Numbered from the stretch's first letter, positions 1 to 13,414 are shown. The stretch is DNA of 64,000 nt from Hydrolagus colliei (GCA_035084275.1 CM068749.1:17670001-17734000), one strand, 5' to 3'. Numbers and translations are program-made. Notes: generated by a model from the letters alone, not told the origin.

Positions 1-1335
1 ACAATAGGTCCTTTACAAATATTGCATGTTATGTCCAGATTATGTTTGACTTCCTGAAAACTGTCCTCAAGGTTTTGACACCATGGTGCAGATCACACAG
101 AGAGATGGCAGGTGCAGAAGGCCTGTGTTAGGTTGTGTAGCTTTCTGTAGCATGATGGTTTTGGTACCAGGGGTGATTCTACGTCCCTGAATATGTCTCT
201 CATTGCTGGTAGCATGAGCTTTTCGATGATTTGTAAGGGGTATGCATTCTCCACACTCCCACATTTGCCTATTTTGTATGTATGTACTTCTTTACAGTGA
301 ATATATTCCTGTCCCCTTAGCTGCTCCCCTATTAGGTATGTAACTGCAGGCAGGCCAGGAATACAAAAAAAAACACTACATGTCTTTCATTGACTCTTTT
401 AGATCCACATCAGGGCTAGGGCATCTCGCATATTGTAGTCTCAAATTATAATACATTTTTGGTATTTCCATTTAGGAAGATATATATTAGTCTCTGTTTG
501 TACAAATGTGTTAGACTTCATTTCCTGTGTTTTCGTGAACAAGGGCACAAGTTAATGTGGCTGTGTCTATATGCTAATTCCCATTGTTGCAGTGGTCTGC
601 AACACAAGCTATTCAAATATTAAGCAATCGAGTGCGTATTGCAATCTCTCTGTTTCAATCTCTAGACAATTTGTCCAGAAAAGAAAAGCTTTTTTACAAA
701 GCGAAAAGTATCATCATTGAATTAGAGATATCCTTTCCAAAAAATGTTCCTTACAGAGCAAAGTCAGACCTTGACAAACATCCGTAAACTTTGAATGGGA
801 TCAATCTCTTTGGGTTGATAAGTCATTGTTGTGATATCTACAATAACAGAAGAAAATGGCATGGTGGAGAACATGCATCATTTATCCACCTTGGATATGG
901 CTGGCAGATCCGCTCCGTAATGGCACAATTATAGCTCCTTAGCGCCAGTGTAAATGTCACATGAGCGGAAGCTCACCTCACCACCAGTGTGTCTATGCTA
1001 GTTCCCCACTGGAACTATCTACTCAAACATCTCTTAACATTGGGAGGTAAGATGGAAAGATAGAATCAATGCCAGGCAATATATTAGTAGCAATTGACTT
1101 GCACTATCACCACATCTCAACTAGAACAACAATGGCAGCAATAACCCTGATTTTCCAGAGTTAATTATTCACGCTGTGTTCATGTGCTTACATGACAAAG
1201 TAATTCCATATGTACACCCTGGAAGTGTGCCTAATGATGCAGTAAAAGTAGTCCACAAACAGTAGGAAGGAGAGAATTGAAGCAGCAGCCAGAGCAGCAA
1301 ATCAGTAAAGTGGAATGGCATGTAGAATTACTCAC

Positions 1336-1430
1336 TTTATCCAAGTCCATTTTATTAATGAGTCAAATAAACGAGCATTCAGCCTGAGGAGGGGTCGAAT
1401 TAAATTACTGGACTTGAAAGTCCTACCTTG
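1336..1430 (-). CDS. Candidate exon of the minus-strand gene with a start codon (MDLDK, CDS 1336-1350, phase-0 donor)
   Basis: Minus strand reads TTTTTGCAG|...TAATAAAATGGACTTGGATAAA|GTGAGT. Strong Kozak context (AAAATGG), an upstream in-frame TGA, and a canonical donor. No homology recognised. Confidence 0.3.
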
Positions 1431-2261
1431 CTGCAAAAATATGTTTGCTATGCAAGATTTTTAGACAAGAGGTTTGCAAACCAAAATAACTAGTCTAATC
1501 CATTTGTATGGAGAGCTGATGAAAGCAGCTCAGTTACAAGTGAATATCAGATGTCCCAATTTGCTTTGCATTACAGTTCCTAATTTTCAACTTTGTCTGA
1601 TTCCCTTAAAATGTGTTGTTTAAAAACATTTGACCCCAACATATTATTTGCAGAATGCTGCATATTTGAAAAAAATATTTCTCTGCTAAATCTGTGTGAC
1701 AAAATAGATCATGGTCAAGCACATAGTCCTTCTACCTGTGTGAAACTTTTCAGGGAAACCTCTCCCATTGCATATTGTATGGTTCCCTGGATTGCGTTAA
1801 AGTACCAACAAATGAATGCAGTACTTCCATGAATGTTGAAGCTCTCACACCCTATCAGAACGTGTTGCACAATATGCAATTAATATCCTTCTTTGACTTC
1901 ACTGCAATTTTGAGTGGTTTGAAGTATGGGAATTTGTACCTCCTGATTTGTCAGAGGTTCATCAATTTCCATCCAGACTCCTATCAAAGATTCTTTGAGA
2001 GCATTTTATCTTGATTAATGGGGCCTGGTGAACTGACAAACTGGTGCACAGGTTATGTATTTACAATGAAATTTGGCGTAATAAAAATCACTCATTTTAG
2101 GTAACTGCCTTAGGCCATAAAAGCGCGTTCATCCCACCACCTTCCCCTAAATCTAAGGGAATCATTGCACCAAACGACATGTTTGCAAGTGTCTTTTGAC
2201 TGGGGGATAAACTTACAATAAAGAATTGTTCATTGGAAAAACATTTGAAGAAGAAAAACTT

Positions 2262-2345
2262 AAATGGGAATTGGATTAGAGAGGTCAGCTCCTGTGGATG
2301 AGTACACACAATTTAGGATCAATGTGCTGAATGGCCTCCTTCTAC
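2262..2345 (+). mobile_element. CR1-type LINE 3' end remnant
   Basis: Contains GGGAATTGGATTAG...GCTGAATGGCCTCCTTCT, resembling the CR1 3'-terminal hairpin region. Confidence 0.45.
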
Positions 2346-3062
2346 CTAAGATGATTTCCTCTGTTTCTTTTCCTTAACCAAAATGTGACGTCTTCAAATG
2401 ACAATGTGCGAAGCATGGAAAGGGACATTGCTTTGTAATTTGATGACACCAACACTACTCTGAGGCAAATAAAAATATCAATAAAAAGTCTGCACTGTAG
2501 AATATTATTGTGTAAGGTTTTGAGAATTAATATTGGATAAAAGAGGAGATTGTCCATTTGATCAACCATTACTGAGCAAAGGAATTTTTATTGCTTGTGT
2601 TGTGTGTATATAATATATAATAAAAATATGAATAATGCTGAGGCATTTGAAATAATTCACAAAAGGTCAAATATAAGCATAGACAATAACTCCAGATTAA
2701 GGACGTTCAGATAACTGCACCCATAGCAACCACAAAGTAATTTTATTTTGTTCAGTAAATAGTAAGATATTACTGATTATATTTCTTGTTCTCATATTTA
2801 TTAATACTTTTTGAATTGCTCAGTCTGATAATCCTGTGTCTGTTCATGGTGCTGAAACTTCTACTGTGTGATCATATTAGTCCACAGTTTTACTGTGGAT
2901 CAAACCAAGCTCTACTGGGTTGGCACTTACCTTTTAAATGCATGGATGGCAACAGAGATGTGGGATGGGGACAAACCACTTCTCCATTTTATTTTTACTT
3001 TGTGGGAATGACTGATGTCTGAACATGAGCCAATGTGACACTATATATGTTGCATTCTTATT

Positions 3063-3082
3063 TATATATATATATATATATA
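3063..3082. repeat. (TA)n microsatellite
   Basis: Visible directly in the sequence. Confidence 0.95.
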
Positions 3083-3144
3083 TTTGAGATTTCTCATTTC
3101 TGAGCAATTATATTTCTTTATCACCATGTGATTATAATGCAAAT

Positions 3145-3535
3145 TATTTTAACTGTTTGTGGGACACTGCTGTATGCAAGTGGCCAGCTGTGTTTCACCC
3201 ACAAAATCTACACTTTACAGTTTATTTTGAGAAACACTTTGAGATGTCTCGAAGACATGAAAAGGCGCTATATTATATCCCTCTGGATCGCCATCCCACA
3301 GTCGCTTCGCCTTGCTTCCTCCCTTGCCTCCTTCAAGGCCAGTCTCAAGACCCTCCTCATCGATCGTGCCTTCTGCCGCCCTCCCAGCTCTCTCCCTCAA
3401 CCTCCTCCCCAGCCTGCCCTGCCCCACTGGCTCGGATCCGGACCCCTGACTGTTTAGCACCTTGAGACCTCCTCCCAACATGAAAGGCACTTTATAAATT
3501 TGTTGGAATATGCAATGCAAGGAATATTATTATTG
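3145..3535 (+). mobile_element. Deu-domain SINE body and tail interrupted by an L2 3' fragment
   Basis: 3150-3273 (ACTGTTTGTGGGACACTGCTG...GAAAAGGCGCTATAT) matches the other SINE copies in the window. The tail resumes at about 3510 (CAATGCAAGGAATATTATT). Confidence 0.85.
3278..3506 (+). mobile_element. L2 LINE 3' end (ORF2 C-terminus, 3'UTR and tail)
   Basis: Translates LWIAIPQSLRLASSLASFKASLKTLLIDRAF, like the L2 ORF2 end (LWNSLP..FK..LKT.LF). Followed by a C-rich UTR and the GAGACCTCCTCCCAACATGAAAGGCACTTTATAAAT tail. Confidence 0.9.
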
Positions 3536-3989
3536 TCATTATGCCATCAGTAGTCCTTATTGCCCCCAAATCACCAAAATCAGAATGATATGGGCCGATA
3601 CAAAAAGATGCTTAATATTCATTATAATTATTTTAATTATTTTGTTTTCAACAGTTCTTGATGCTAAGACTTTAAAGTTAGTATTGTACCAAAGTAAATA
3701 CCATATACTGTAGATTACGATGGGTTAGAAGATTATTCATCCATTTCTTGGTCTTGAGTTTGAACTTAATTGAAAATTATGGATGAAAGCATTGTCTCTG
3801 AGGGGTAAAACAACCCTAATGCTCCATTGATACTGGCAGGAGAACTTCACTCCCAGCTGAATAGTGATGTGAGGTGGGAAGCCAAGGTTACCTTGTCTCT
3901 TCCACAACACTTTCTATTGGGTTGGGGAGAAGCTGCCCACACAAGACTCTAGGTGAGTGTCTGTTTAAAATATTATTAAACAGCCAGTC

Positions 3990-5800
3990 AGACTATCTGC
4001 CTTTTAATAATGTTATGACTGCATCTCGTTCCCTTGAACTTCTCAACTGTTCTGTCTTTGGCTATGGAACCACAACTTTCCCTGTCTGAACTTCATAGTT
4101 TGTTAATGTTCTTCCAATGCTCTGTTAGAAAACATCAAAAGTGTTTTGCCTCAATTCATGTTTAGCTTGTCTCTCTGCCACAGTCCAGGTTTTTCTAAGA
4201 TAGTCAAGTCTCATTAGTATACTTTATTCAACACTTTGATCTTCATATTGATACCTGTTTCCCTTTTAGACCATAAGTTCACCAATGTAGTTCTCCGTCT
4301 TTAGAGACTCATCATTCAATATTATTTCCTCTGATGAAAGATACTGTAGTTTCCACCTAGAGTTATCCTGGCAGCTTGTACACTTACGATAATCATAGCT
4401 GCTTCTGCTTTTTGCATGTTGAATTTCGACAACTGATGCTTGTTTCTCTCTATTCCAACTTATTTGTCTTAGCAACGCGTATCTGCTTCATCGACTGAGA
4501 ACTGTGCGGCATTACTCATAAAATTCAGTTGTTCTATTTATGTCATTACTACTGGATGTTGCCATCAACATAAACTAACAGACAAATAACGGACTGAATC
4601 AAAGACACAAAAAAAACAATTTCAATTTTGTTTCTACACTGAAGTCATCTATTAGATCACTATCAGGCAGCATGACATTTTATACATAATTCTTGATAAC
4701 CTCAGTCTCTTCTGGGTTCTACAAAGTCCCAAAACAGCCCATGGTGAACCTGGTGTTCACTTTTCAAAGCTCTTAACAAGTCAAAGTTCAAAAGAAACTC
4801 ATTTGGTTTTCAATAGCTTTTGCCATTAGTAGGCTGAACACAAATATTTGGTCTATATATGAATATACTTTGTGCAATCCCGTTTGTATTTCTCTTATCT
4901 TCAAGTAGCATCAATACTTTCCTGTGTTTTTTTAGAATGTTGAATAAACCATTACCTGACCACATACACTCAGTGATTTATCACCTTCCCACCGTCACAA
5001 ACTATCAGCTTGGATTTCTTCGCTATCATTTATATATCCAATCATTGACTATTATTTTCTGTTCCTCGATTTTCCGATCCTTTAGGATTGGATTTACACT
5101 ATATCATCAAACTCCAATAACAGAATAGTTATTCTATTAGCCTCTCGATCGTTGCTATTACCTTCTGCCATCTTATCTTATTTACATTGATACCCAATTT
5201 TATAGTCCCCTCTAACCTCAGCAATCGTTTTGGTCATTTTGGAATCCTTGAAGATGCATTCCCTTTAAATGGATTCCTTCTCTTGATTTCATTTTCACTA
5301 GTAAACCTTGGTCACCCAGTTTACCACTGTTGCAGAGTCATAAATAGTATTATTTACAATTTTGTTTTTGTAACTGGCCAAATATTTGTGTCTTTTCTTT
5401 AAGACCATTTCACATCTAACTAAATCTTCATGGTGTCATGAAAGCACTGCACTACCTTTTGACGTATTCTCCTGTTTCTTTCCCCCCATTTATCTGGTTT
5501 CCCAGATATCCTCCGTATTCACATGCTGCATCGGTTCGTTCTTTCTGAGCTTTTATTTTCTCTATTCTCGAATCCTTCTTTGCTGGATCGATTGCTCAAA
5601 CAAAAGTCTTTATTTCGCTGTATGTCTGGCCTCAACAGTTCATCTTGGAGTACTTTAAATCAATGATATAATTTGATGGCAAACCTTTTCATCATTTCAA
5701 CATCCCTTTGTCTACACTGAGACTTTGTCTACCTCCTTCATCTGCACAGCTTTCAATATCAGCCTCTGTTTTGCAACTATTAGCTGGTTGTTTCCATTTC
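3990..5800 (-). mobile_element. Degraded RTE-clade LINE (RT/endonuclease remnant)
   Basis: Minus-strand peptides LQYLSSEEIILNDESLKTENYIG, NLWSKRETGINMKIKVLN and KTWTVAE..LTNYEV follow the RTE order YLGS..RIG..W..KIK..ETWT..TNEEV. Many stops and frameshifts; boundaries approximate. Confidence 0.6.
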
Positions 5801-6691
5801 TGCCTTAGAAAGAACATGGATATTTTCTATGGTCCCACAATGTCCCTTCCCAAGATGATAACTTGATTGAATTTTGAATCATATCATATCTGGAGGAACA
5901 CGAGTGTAAAAGAACATTCTATGCTATACGATCAAGGAAGTGAAACAACATAGATGTTAACTCACATGCATCTGAACTTTCAAATGAAATGAAACAGCTC
6001 TTAACATCAGCTTTTGTCACCTTTCAAAAGTCAATATAAAAGTGTTTGTTAATGGCAGAGTGGACTGATCAGTGTGAGTGCTTCATCAGATCCCTGGCTA
6101 TTCTTCAAATAACTGATAATAAAAATTGTTTTCTACAGAATCTATTGTATTAGATTGTAAGGCAGCTGATACACCTACCTTAGGGATCAAGCCCAGGAAG
6201 CAGTTAATGCTTGATCTTACAAAATGTATCGTCTATTTTAATCATGTCAAATTTAACTCATTTTATATAGATATCAATTACATTAATGGCCTTTTACATG
6301 CCTAAGGGATTTCAAAATGTCGCCTCCCTAATCCCCAACATCCACTGTAAATGGTATTGGGACCAACACTTGCATTCTGCCCTATTTAATGCTGATTAAA
6401 CAACAGGGAAACAAGTCAGAATTCACAACCTTGGTACATTATATTAAAGGCCTTCTTATTTTACATCCTCAAATTATGGCTGCTTCATGACGTAAATGCC
6501 TAAGACACGTTTAACTCATGCGTAATGCTTCACAGCTCCATGATTTAAGTGCAAACACTACCTTCCCTCTAAACAAAAATGATATAATGCAAAAGGCTTT
6601 GAAATGATTAATTGTTGATTTCCATTGCAATACCATGTGATTCTGTGAGCACAGGTTAATCTTTTTTTTCAAAATATCTCAGCCTATTTGG

Positions 6692-7165
6692 AGCAACAAC
6701 CACAAGAATTTACACTTGTGTAGTGGGAGACCATCTCAAAGCTAAGAGCCCAAGGTTGGGAGGGAGCCAAGGCTGTGTGTGGTGGTGATGGTGGGTGGTG
6801 GGGTGGTGGGAAGGGGGGGCAGAAAGAGGAGGAGGAGTGGCCTCAATCACAGTCAAAGGGGTACCTCTTCAATCGTGTTTTGGAAACAAGGACAAGGCAG
6901 ATGGATTTTCTGAAAGAGTTACAGGCAGTTGGAGATTGTGGAGTGGAGTGGGTGAGCAGGGCAGTAATGTTGTTCGAGATCACAGAGACAGGATAGTAGG
7001 TCACAGTGAAGACGCTCATCTCAAAGTTGATATGTTGGGGAATAGGGAGCAATTGGAGACCTTGGATGGGGATGATAGTCCTATGGGGAATGTGTAAATG
7101 TTCCTTGATTGTGTGGAATATAGTGTGAAGCAGCTTTGCACTAATCCGGGTAAAACCCCTCAAAC
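6692..7165 (-). mobile_element. Old L2 LINE 3' fragment
   Basis: ORF 6843-7163 contains IIPIQGLQLLPIPQHINFEMSVFT, like L2 ITPIL..LHWLP..RI.FK. Degenerate CAACAAC tail at about 6695. Confidence 0.7.
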
Positions 7166-8143
7166 AATATGTTCAACATCAGGAAAAGGAAAGTAACTCA
7201 ACAAGGATGGTATATAATACACCGACGTAGGCATTTTGCCTCCTCGTACGATAGAAAGTTTTCAAGCAGAGCATGTGAGAGTTTATGCACTGAAGAGCAT
7301 TTTTTTTCTACAAAGATTAATTTCCACATTACGCAGTGCTGTTGGTGTGCAATTATGAAGAGTACTCAAGGTAATTAGCTTTTAGGATTTTGCAGGGAGG
7401 CAACTTGATAATGAATGCTACAATACTGTCCTACTCATTCGTTTTATCATTAGATTATCACCTCTTCCTGCAATTTTCTGTAGTCACATTTCTTTCCAAA
7501 ACATCTACTTTAGTTTATTTTCGTTTTGTTAATGTCCTCTTCTCACTTTTTAAATGCAAAATGTTCACACACACACATACTGTCACTATAGGTTACAAAC
7601 AGACCAAGGTGACAGGGAAACAATACTGAAAGGGAGCTCTTCTTAACTATTAATTCTAACTATCGTTTAGCATTCACATTTTAACTATCATTTAGCATTT
7701 ACATTCACATAGCATTCAATACTTCAGCATTTAGTATTGATTACCCCAGGAGCTGGAAGGTGCGAGAGGAAACAATTGACAAATGAAAGGCAGTGACATT
7801 CGGATCACATTGCTTAAATAAGGCATGTGTCCTGGCATTATGTCATGCCTGTATTCACAAGTGAATCTGCATTCATTTTTGCTGTTCAAATTGGCTGTAG
7901 GTGACCCAGTCAGATGGAAGTGTACTCAGCCCCTAAATGGGCAATGTAATCACAGGCTCCACAAATTATGGTAGCACTCTTTAATGCTACTGTGGTTTTA
8001 ATGCAAAGTGATTTATCTTGAATGTTTCTCTTAGGAAAACACCACCATGTTAGGGCAAAGCTGTTATTGTTATTGCTTTGCGGTGACAAACTGAAATAGG
8101 TTTTTCTATTCTAGCCCAAGTCATTTCACCAGAAACAGTAATA

Positions 8144-8160
8144 AGCACCATCTAGTGGAG
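8144..8160 (-). promoter_or_regulatory. CTCF core motif
   Basis: Minus strand CTCCACTAGATGGTGCT fits the CCACYAGRKGGC-type core. Confidence 0.6.
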
Positions 8161-8365
8161 TTAAAGTACATTACATCTTTAAAATACTTTGGTGTTTTTA
8201 TGTTAATTTCATTGGTCCAATTGAATAACTTTTTCTAAACAGAAGATTTGATTTTTACAAACATGCAAATAGATTGTCATTATTATCAGGCTGGTATAAT
8301 TCAATATATTAAATATTTCAGCACAGACTACAAAAATATTACACAGTACTGTATATATTACAGTA

Positions 8366-8562
8366 TAATAATACTAATAATCCTTGCAAATGATATAGCG
8401 CTTTTCACCTCTTCTAGATGTCTCAAAGCATTTCACAGAGTGTGCTGTAAAGTAAATTGACTGTATATTTGTGGGCGAATCGCAACAGCCACTTGCGCAC
8501 AGCAGTGTCCCACAAACAGTCGTGGATTGAAATGACCAATTTTTAATTTGAGGGATTGTTAT
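8366..8562 (-). mobile_element. Headless Deu-domain SINE
   Basis: High similarity to the body and tail of the full-length copy at 46301-46606; (TAA)n tail. Confidence 0.9.
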
Positions 8563-8630
8563 TCTGTGAAGCGCTTTGAGACATCTAGAAGACACGAAAA
8601 GCGCCATATCAAATGCAAGGATTATTATTA
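8563..8630 (+). mobile_element. SINE 3' tail inverted relative to the neighbouring copy
   Basis: TCTGTGAAGCGCTTTGAGACATCTAGAAGACACGAAAAGCGCCATATCAAATGCAAGGATTATTATT. Confidence 0.9.
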
Positions 8631-11600
8631 ACTAATTTGTCTGCAGAGCAAATAACCCATTTGGTACAATTAATTTATCCATTTACCAGTCATCGTTAAA
8701 CTGTAGCAGGAATTTTCTACTTCACAACTTCCTGCAAGTTTTAAATCACTGCAAAAGACTTTACAGACAGCAAATTGTTCCATATTGCTCTTTTATATTT
8801 GATCTGCTGTCGATTGGTAACTACAGAAAGTAATAGAAACCATGGCAACACATTAAAACAAAGCTACCTTGAGTTGCAAAAAACGGCTAAGTAGAGGATC
8901 CATATACTAATCTAACAGGGTTATAAATTTAAACAATCGGATATGGTTATACAAAATAATTTGCTGTTTCCATTTTGTTCTCATTTAACAGGAATATTCC
9001 ATTATCAGGTAATGGCTGACATTAAATTGGCAGTGTCCATAAACTGACTTAGGTATTGGAGAGCCATTTCACTAATAGGCCTGGGATTATGTCATCTTGA
9101 ATTTACTTAAAAAAATACAATCATTTATTCATAAGTGTATGTTTAGTCCTAACCCCTCAGTCTAAAATTAATAACCCCTGAATTCACTAATAACAGTAAA
9201 ATGTTAAATGCAGGATTTTGACTGTTTTTACACTTTGTGAATAAATTATATTTACAAGCCAAGATCAAGGTTGATAAATTGGTGTAGTTCTAAATACAAA
9301 ATTACGGCTATTTCTCAATGTCTGAAAATAGCATTCAAGTCACTGTCACAACTTCAGTAAGAAATTCCCCAGCCTTGAGTTCACATGGACAACTAATGTA
9401 AAATTTTACAATAAATCTGGCAGATTTTTGCCTCATTTGTGGCCAACAACAATTGTAAACCCCAAGGATCTGTACCCTTTTCAGTAGCTTGTGTCTTCTG
9501 TTGTTGGGCTGGTGCCAGATAATGATGCACAAAGCATTAAAATGTGTATTAATATTATTGCTCGAGGGCTTACAAATGCATTAACACCCAATGGATGGTA
9601 AACTTCTGTCAACTGACTGCTTCTGCACTCATAGAGTTGAAATGCCTAAAAGACGAGACAATCTCACCACTTCTCTTTGACAGGGGTTCCAGGGACACCT
9701 ACTGACCTTGAAACTTCACTAAAACAATGCCGTGATTGGCACAGAAGTCCTATTAGTGTTTCTGCCTGAATATTTGCAAGTGCATTCGTAGTAGCAGCGA
9801 CAGACCTCAGAACTACTGGCAAAGTGAAACCTCCATGTACTCCTCTTCATCCATATTTTATCATTTAATTGTTTCGAGTTACATTTTAAAAGGTAGTTAA
9901 CAATTTTAAAAGATGTGCAGATATTTGTTAATGGCTAAAAGAAAGGCCAGTGTCCTTGATGTAGACCTATTTTGTGAAAGGGAGTCTGGGGGAGGTGGCT
10001 CATCAAAACATGTCAATCAGATGTAATTGCTCTCCAGAAGGAATACTATCAGGCTGTGGAGAGAGAACTCATACAAAGCACACAGATTCATCACAGCACC
10101 TAATCCACTAATGAGCTCAGCTGGTTATTTTCAGCTTCTCTGCAGCAGAAATTGAGCCTTGCCAAAAGAAAGAAAAGAACAGCTCTGTTCTGTGAATGCA
10201 AAATCCCAGGGCAGGTATAAAACCCTGTAGGTGTTATGTAAAATCTGCAAAACTGTAGTGTGATGGTGCATAAAAACCAAACTTTACAGCGCAGATATCA
10301 CCGCTCTCTGTTTCTGGCCTTATTTTTTAAAAAACAGGGAATATTGAAAGTGGAAAAATGAGGAGAGAAAGAAAACCAATCAGTGCGACTCGCACTTCAT
10401 TTAGTTCATGCAAAAAAAGTCTCCACATGGAGAAACAAGCACGTGTACAATTTTAGAAAGAAAACATGAATAAAGGGACAAGGAAAAATCACTTGCCTAG
10501 TGATTTAAAACAATATCATTGCCCCATATGACAACCTTGGCTAATATGTCAGCCTCATTATAGCTCATGCTTCCTATTTCCACACACGCACTGTATTGCT
10601 TTGACCTTATTACACATATAAGTTACCTTAGGGAACTTAAAACTATGGGTCTTGCTTTTTTCCCCTGAGGACAGTAAATCTAAATATTAGATGCAGTCCA
10701 CACCGGTTTGTCCATTCACTGTGCTGCTGAATAAAAGGTGGCAAAGCAATCATCCTTCTCGGGTTCCACTTCATTACTCTGATTAGAAAGAGCTATAGGA
10801 CTCTTGCAAAGACCCAGAGTTAGCTGAAAGATATGGGTCCCACCCCCAGGTCAGCAAGCCCACAATAACATAAACACAATTATTCTTCTGAGAAAAATCA
10901 TCCACTAATCAGTTGCCGATCAATGGCCTGACAGGAGAAGATAGTTACATCCCTGCTGAAGCTCTCTAGTACTAATAGTCTCTTCCTGTAATTACTTTAG
11001 GCTTGTGCAGGTGCATAAAAGCACAGACTGTGTTGTATACTGGATTGAAGATTAATGAGTTCTGTCTATCTATTTCCCCAGCAGATAGTGAGCTGACTGT
11101 TCTACTGTAACAATATAGCATTGCCCACCCTCACACTCTGACCTCAGTTATACTGGACTTAGTTTTTTTAAATTTAATTAATTTTATTTATGCTCGTGAA
11201 AATAAGCACAACTAGTCTCATTATTAATCTTTATTTATTAAAGTTGTCCAATTTTACAATTCCTTATGTTAAAGTAGTACTTTACGATTGTTGAAACACA
11301 CAACTCAATGAGAAACACCATTAAAGTTATATGATATTTTGCGCTTTCTCAATATAAAAACAAATTGCTGTTACTTTAATACAGTACTTAGAACAGATAA
11401 AACTGACATTGCAATTACTGGGCTGTGGTTAGTGCTGAATCATATGCCGAAGTCTTGCATTCTCACCATCTAGTCAGAGAGTGTTGCTGAACTGACTTGC
11501 ATTGAATCTGGTTGATGACAGGCAGGAAGAAACTAGGTGGTTCAAGCAGTTGAACACCTGATTTCCAACTGTATGATTGTGTGCTCAAGTCCCAGGGCTG

Positions 11601-13414
11601 TCTGCTACTCAATGTCACTTGACCTGCCTAAGGTGAGTTTCATCTGCTCTCAGATGCTAGATGAAGTGTTTGTCTGGAAGTGACATAACATGACCATCCC
11701 TGCTTGAATGTTGCCTCCTGGTGGCTGATATAAAGCAACATAGATGCAGTTGTAGGGAACTCATCTTCCCAGCAAGGGCACAGATTGACTGGACAAATGG
11801 GAAGAAATAAATGATCTGTAGTAAGTGACATTAAGTTTTTCTTCTCATTAAATTGGATATAGTTCCAGACTTCACTGATAAGATATTAAGTAATCAAAAG
11901 TTTAATTTCAAGAAGTGTAATTTCAGAGTTCAGAAATGTAATAAAAATAAAATAAAAGTAATAAAATAAAAAGTCTTTATTTTAAGACTTATGTTTGAAG
12001 CAAGAACACCAGAAAACTGCAGTAGGGTAGGTTTGAAACCAAGGCAAGAAAGGCAAGCAGTACATTTCCCAGCATGGATGATGAAAGCTTCCTAATCTGT
12101 GACTCGTAGAACAAAAATCAATGTTTCTGCTGTATGAATATGCTACATTTAAAATTAATTATTCTGGATGAAAACCTAGATAGGTTTGTAAAACGTACCT
12201 CTACAGTAGAGAACAGTGGCTGTGTATGTCTGCAAAAGTATTAAATTCATTTAGGCCAATGTATTTCCAGTAACAGATAAATACAATAGCTGTAACTTGA
12301 TTTTTGAAATGAATGGATCAAAACTACGGCAAGCATGATATCATTGATCTATGTTCATTGGCAATTACTTCTTTCAGTCATTTGAGAAGCCACAAAAGAG
12401 TTGCACAATATAGGGCTACATACTTACTGATCTGCATCAATACTTAGTAATAATTACCAGTAACTCTATTTTTAATATAGGGGGACTGTCATATTGTTGC
12501 TAGGTTGTGAATTTTATGGTTTGCTGCAGTTTAAGATATCTGAACAATATGATTAAAATATCATTTGATTCTTTTTTGAAAAGATGTGGCATTTGCAACA
12601 AGCTATTCATTTACTAATGAATCAGCTAGATTTTTCATTAGCACGCAATTAGGTTTCCATAATTTTAATCAGATATTTCAGTTTCAAAGAAAAAAAACGA
12701 GTGCAGAAATGATTAGAACAACAATTCGTGATTATGAAACATCAGGATAACATAAAAGCAGACCAATTTATAAATTAATCTCAACATTTGCTTTTCTCTC
12801 ATCACCAGAAAATCAAGCATTTTACATTATATATTGTACTCCCTTTCAATCTAATACACACAAGTGTGAGCAGGCAGATCATTTCTGGTGCTGTTCAGAT
12901 AGATATACGCATTCTGCCAAAGATAAGAAGAAGAGATGAAGAATATCATAATATACATGCATTCTATGCACTAAATATTTCATGGGTGTGAACGTGTTGT
13001 TTATTAGTAACCAAATAATGCCATAAATAACTTAATAATAGTAAATGTACACTGACACTTTTTTTAACCTAATATATCCATGTATCAATCTTTTCTGGGT
13101 AAATAAGATATATTTTCAGAATGTAATAAAGATGCCAGTAATCCATTAAAACATATTTCAAAAAAAGAACACACATGATAAAGTTAATAATTACATTGCA
13201 GCTAACATTATTCTTACACAGGTTATTCTCCTATCAGGTTAGGTTGGAGTTATCAATGCTCCACTGTACATAATAGCCTTGTCACCACATGCCTTACAGC
13301 AAAACACTGGGCCCAATTTTCTCCTTGGTTGTGCTCATATTATTTCCATTATGCAAACTTTTGCGACTGGCACTGCGACTGCAAAACCTCGCTGTCCCCT
13401 CCACACACAGAAAC

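Noticed and set aside
67-264. WECGEC..NHRKAH zinc-finger-like peptide
   Set aside because: Spacing is too short for C2H2; probably a decayed RTE C-terminus, too weak to call.
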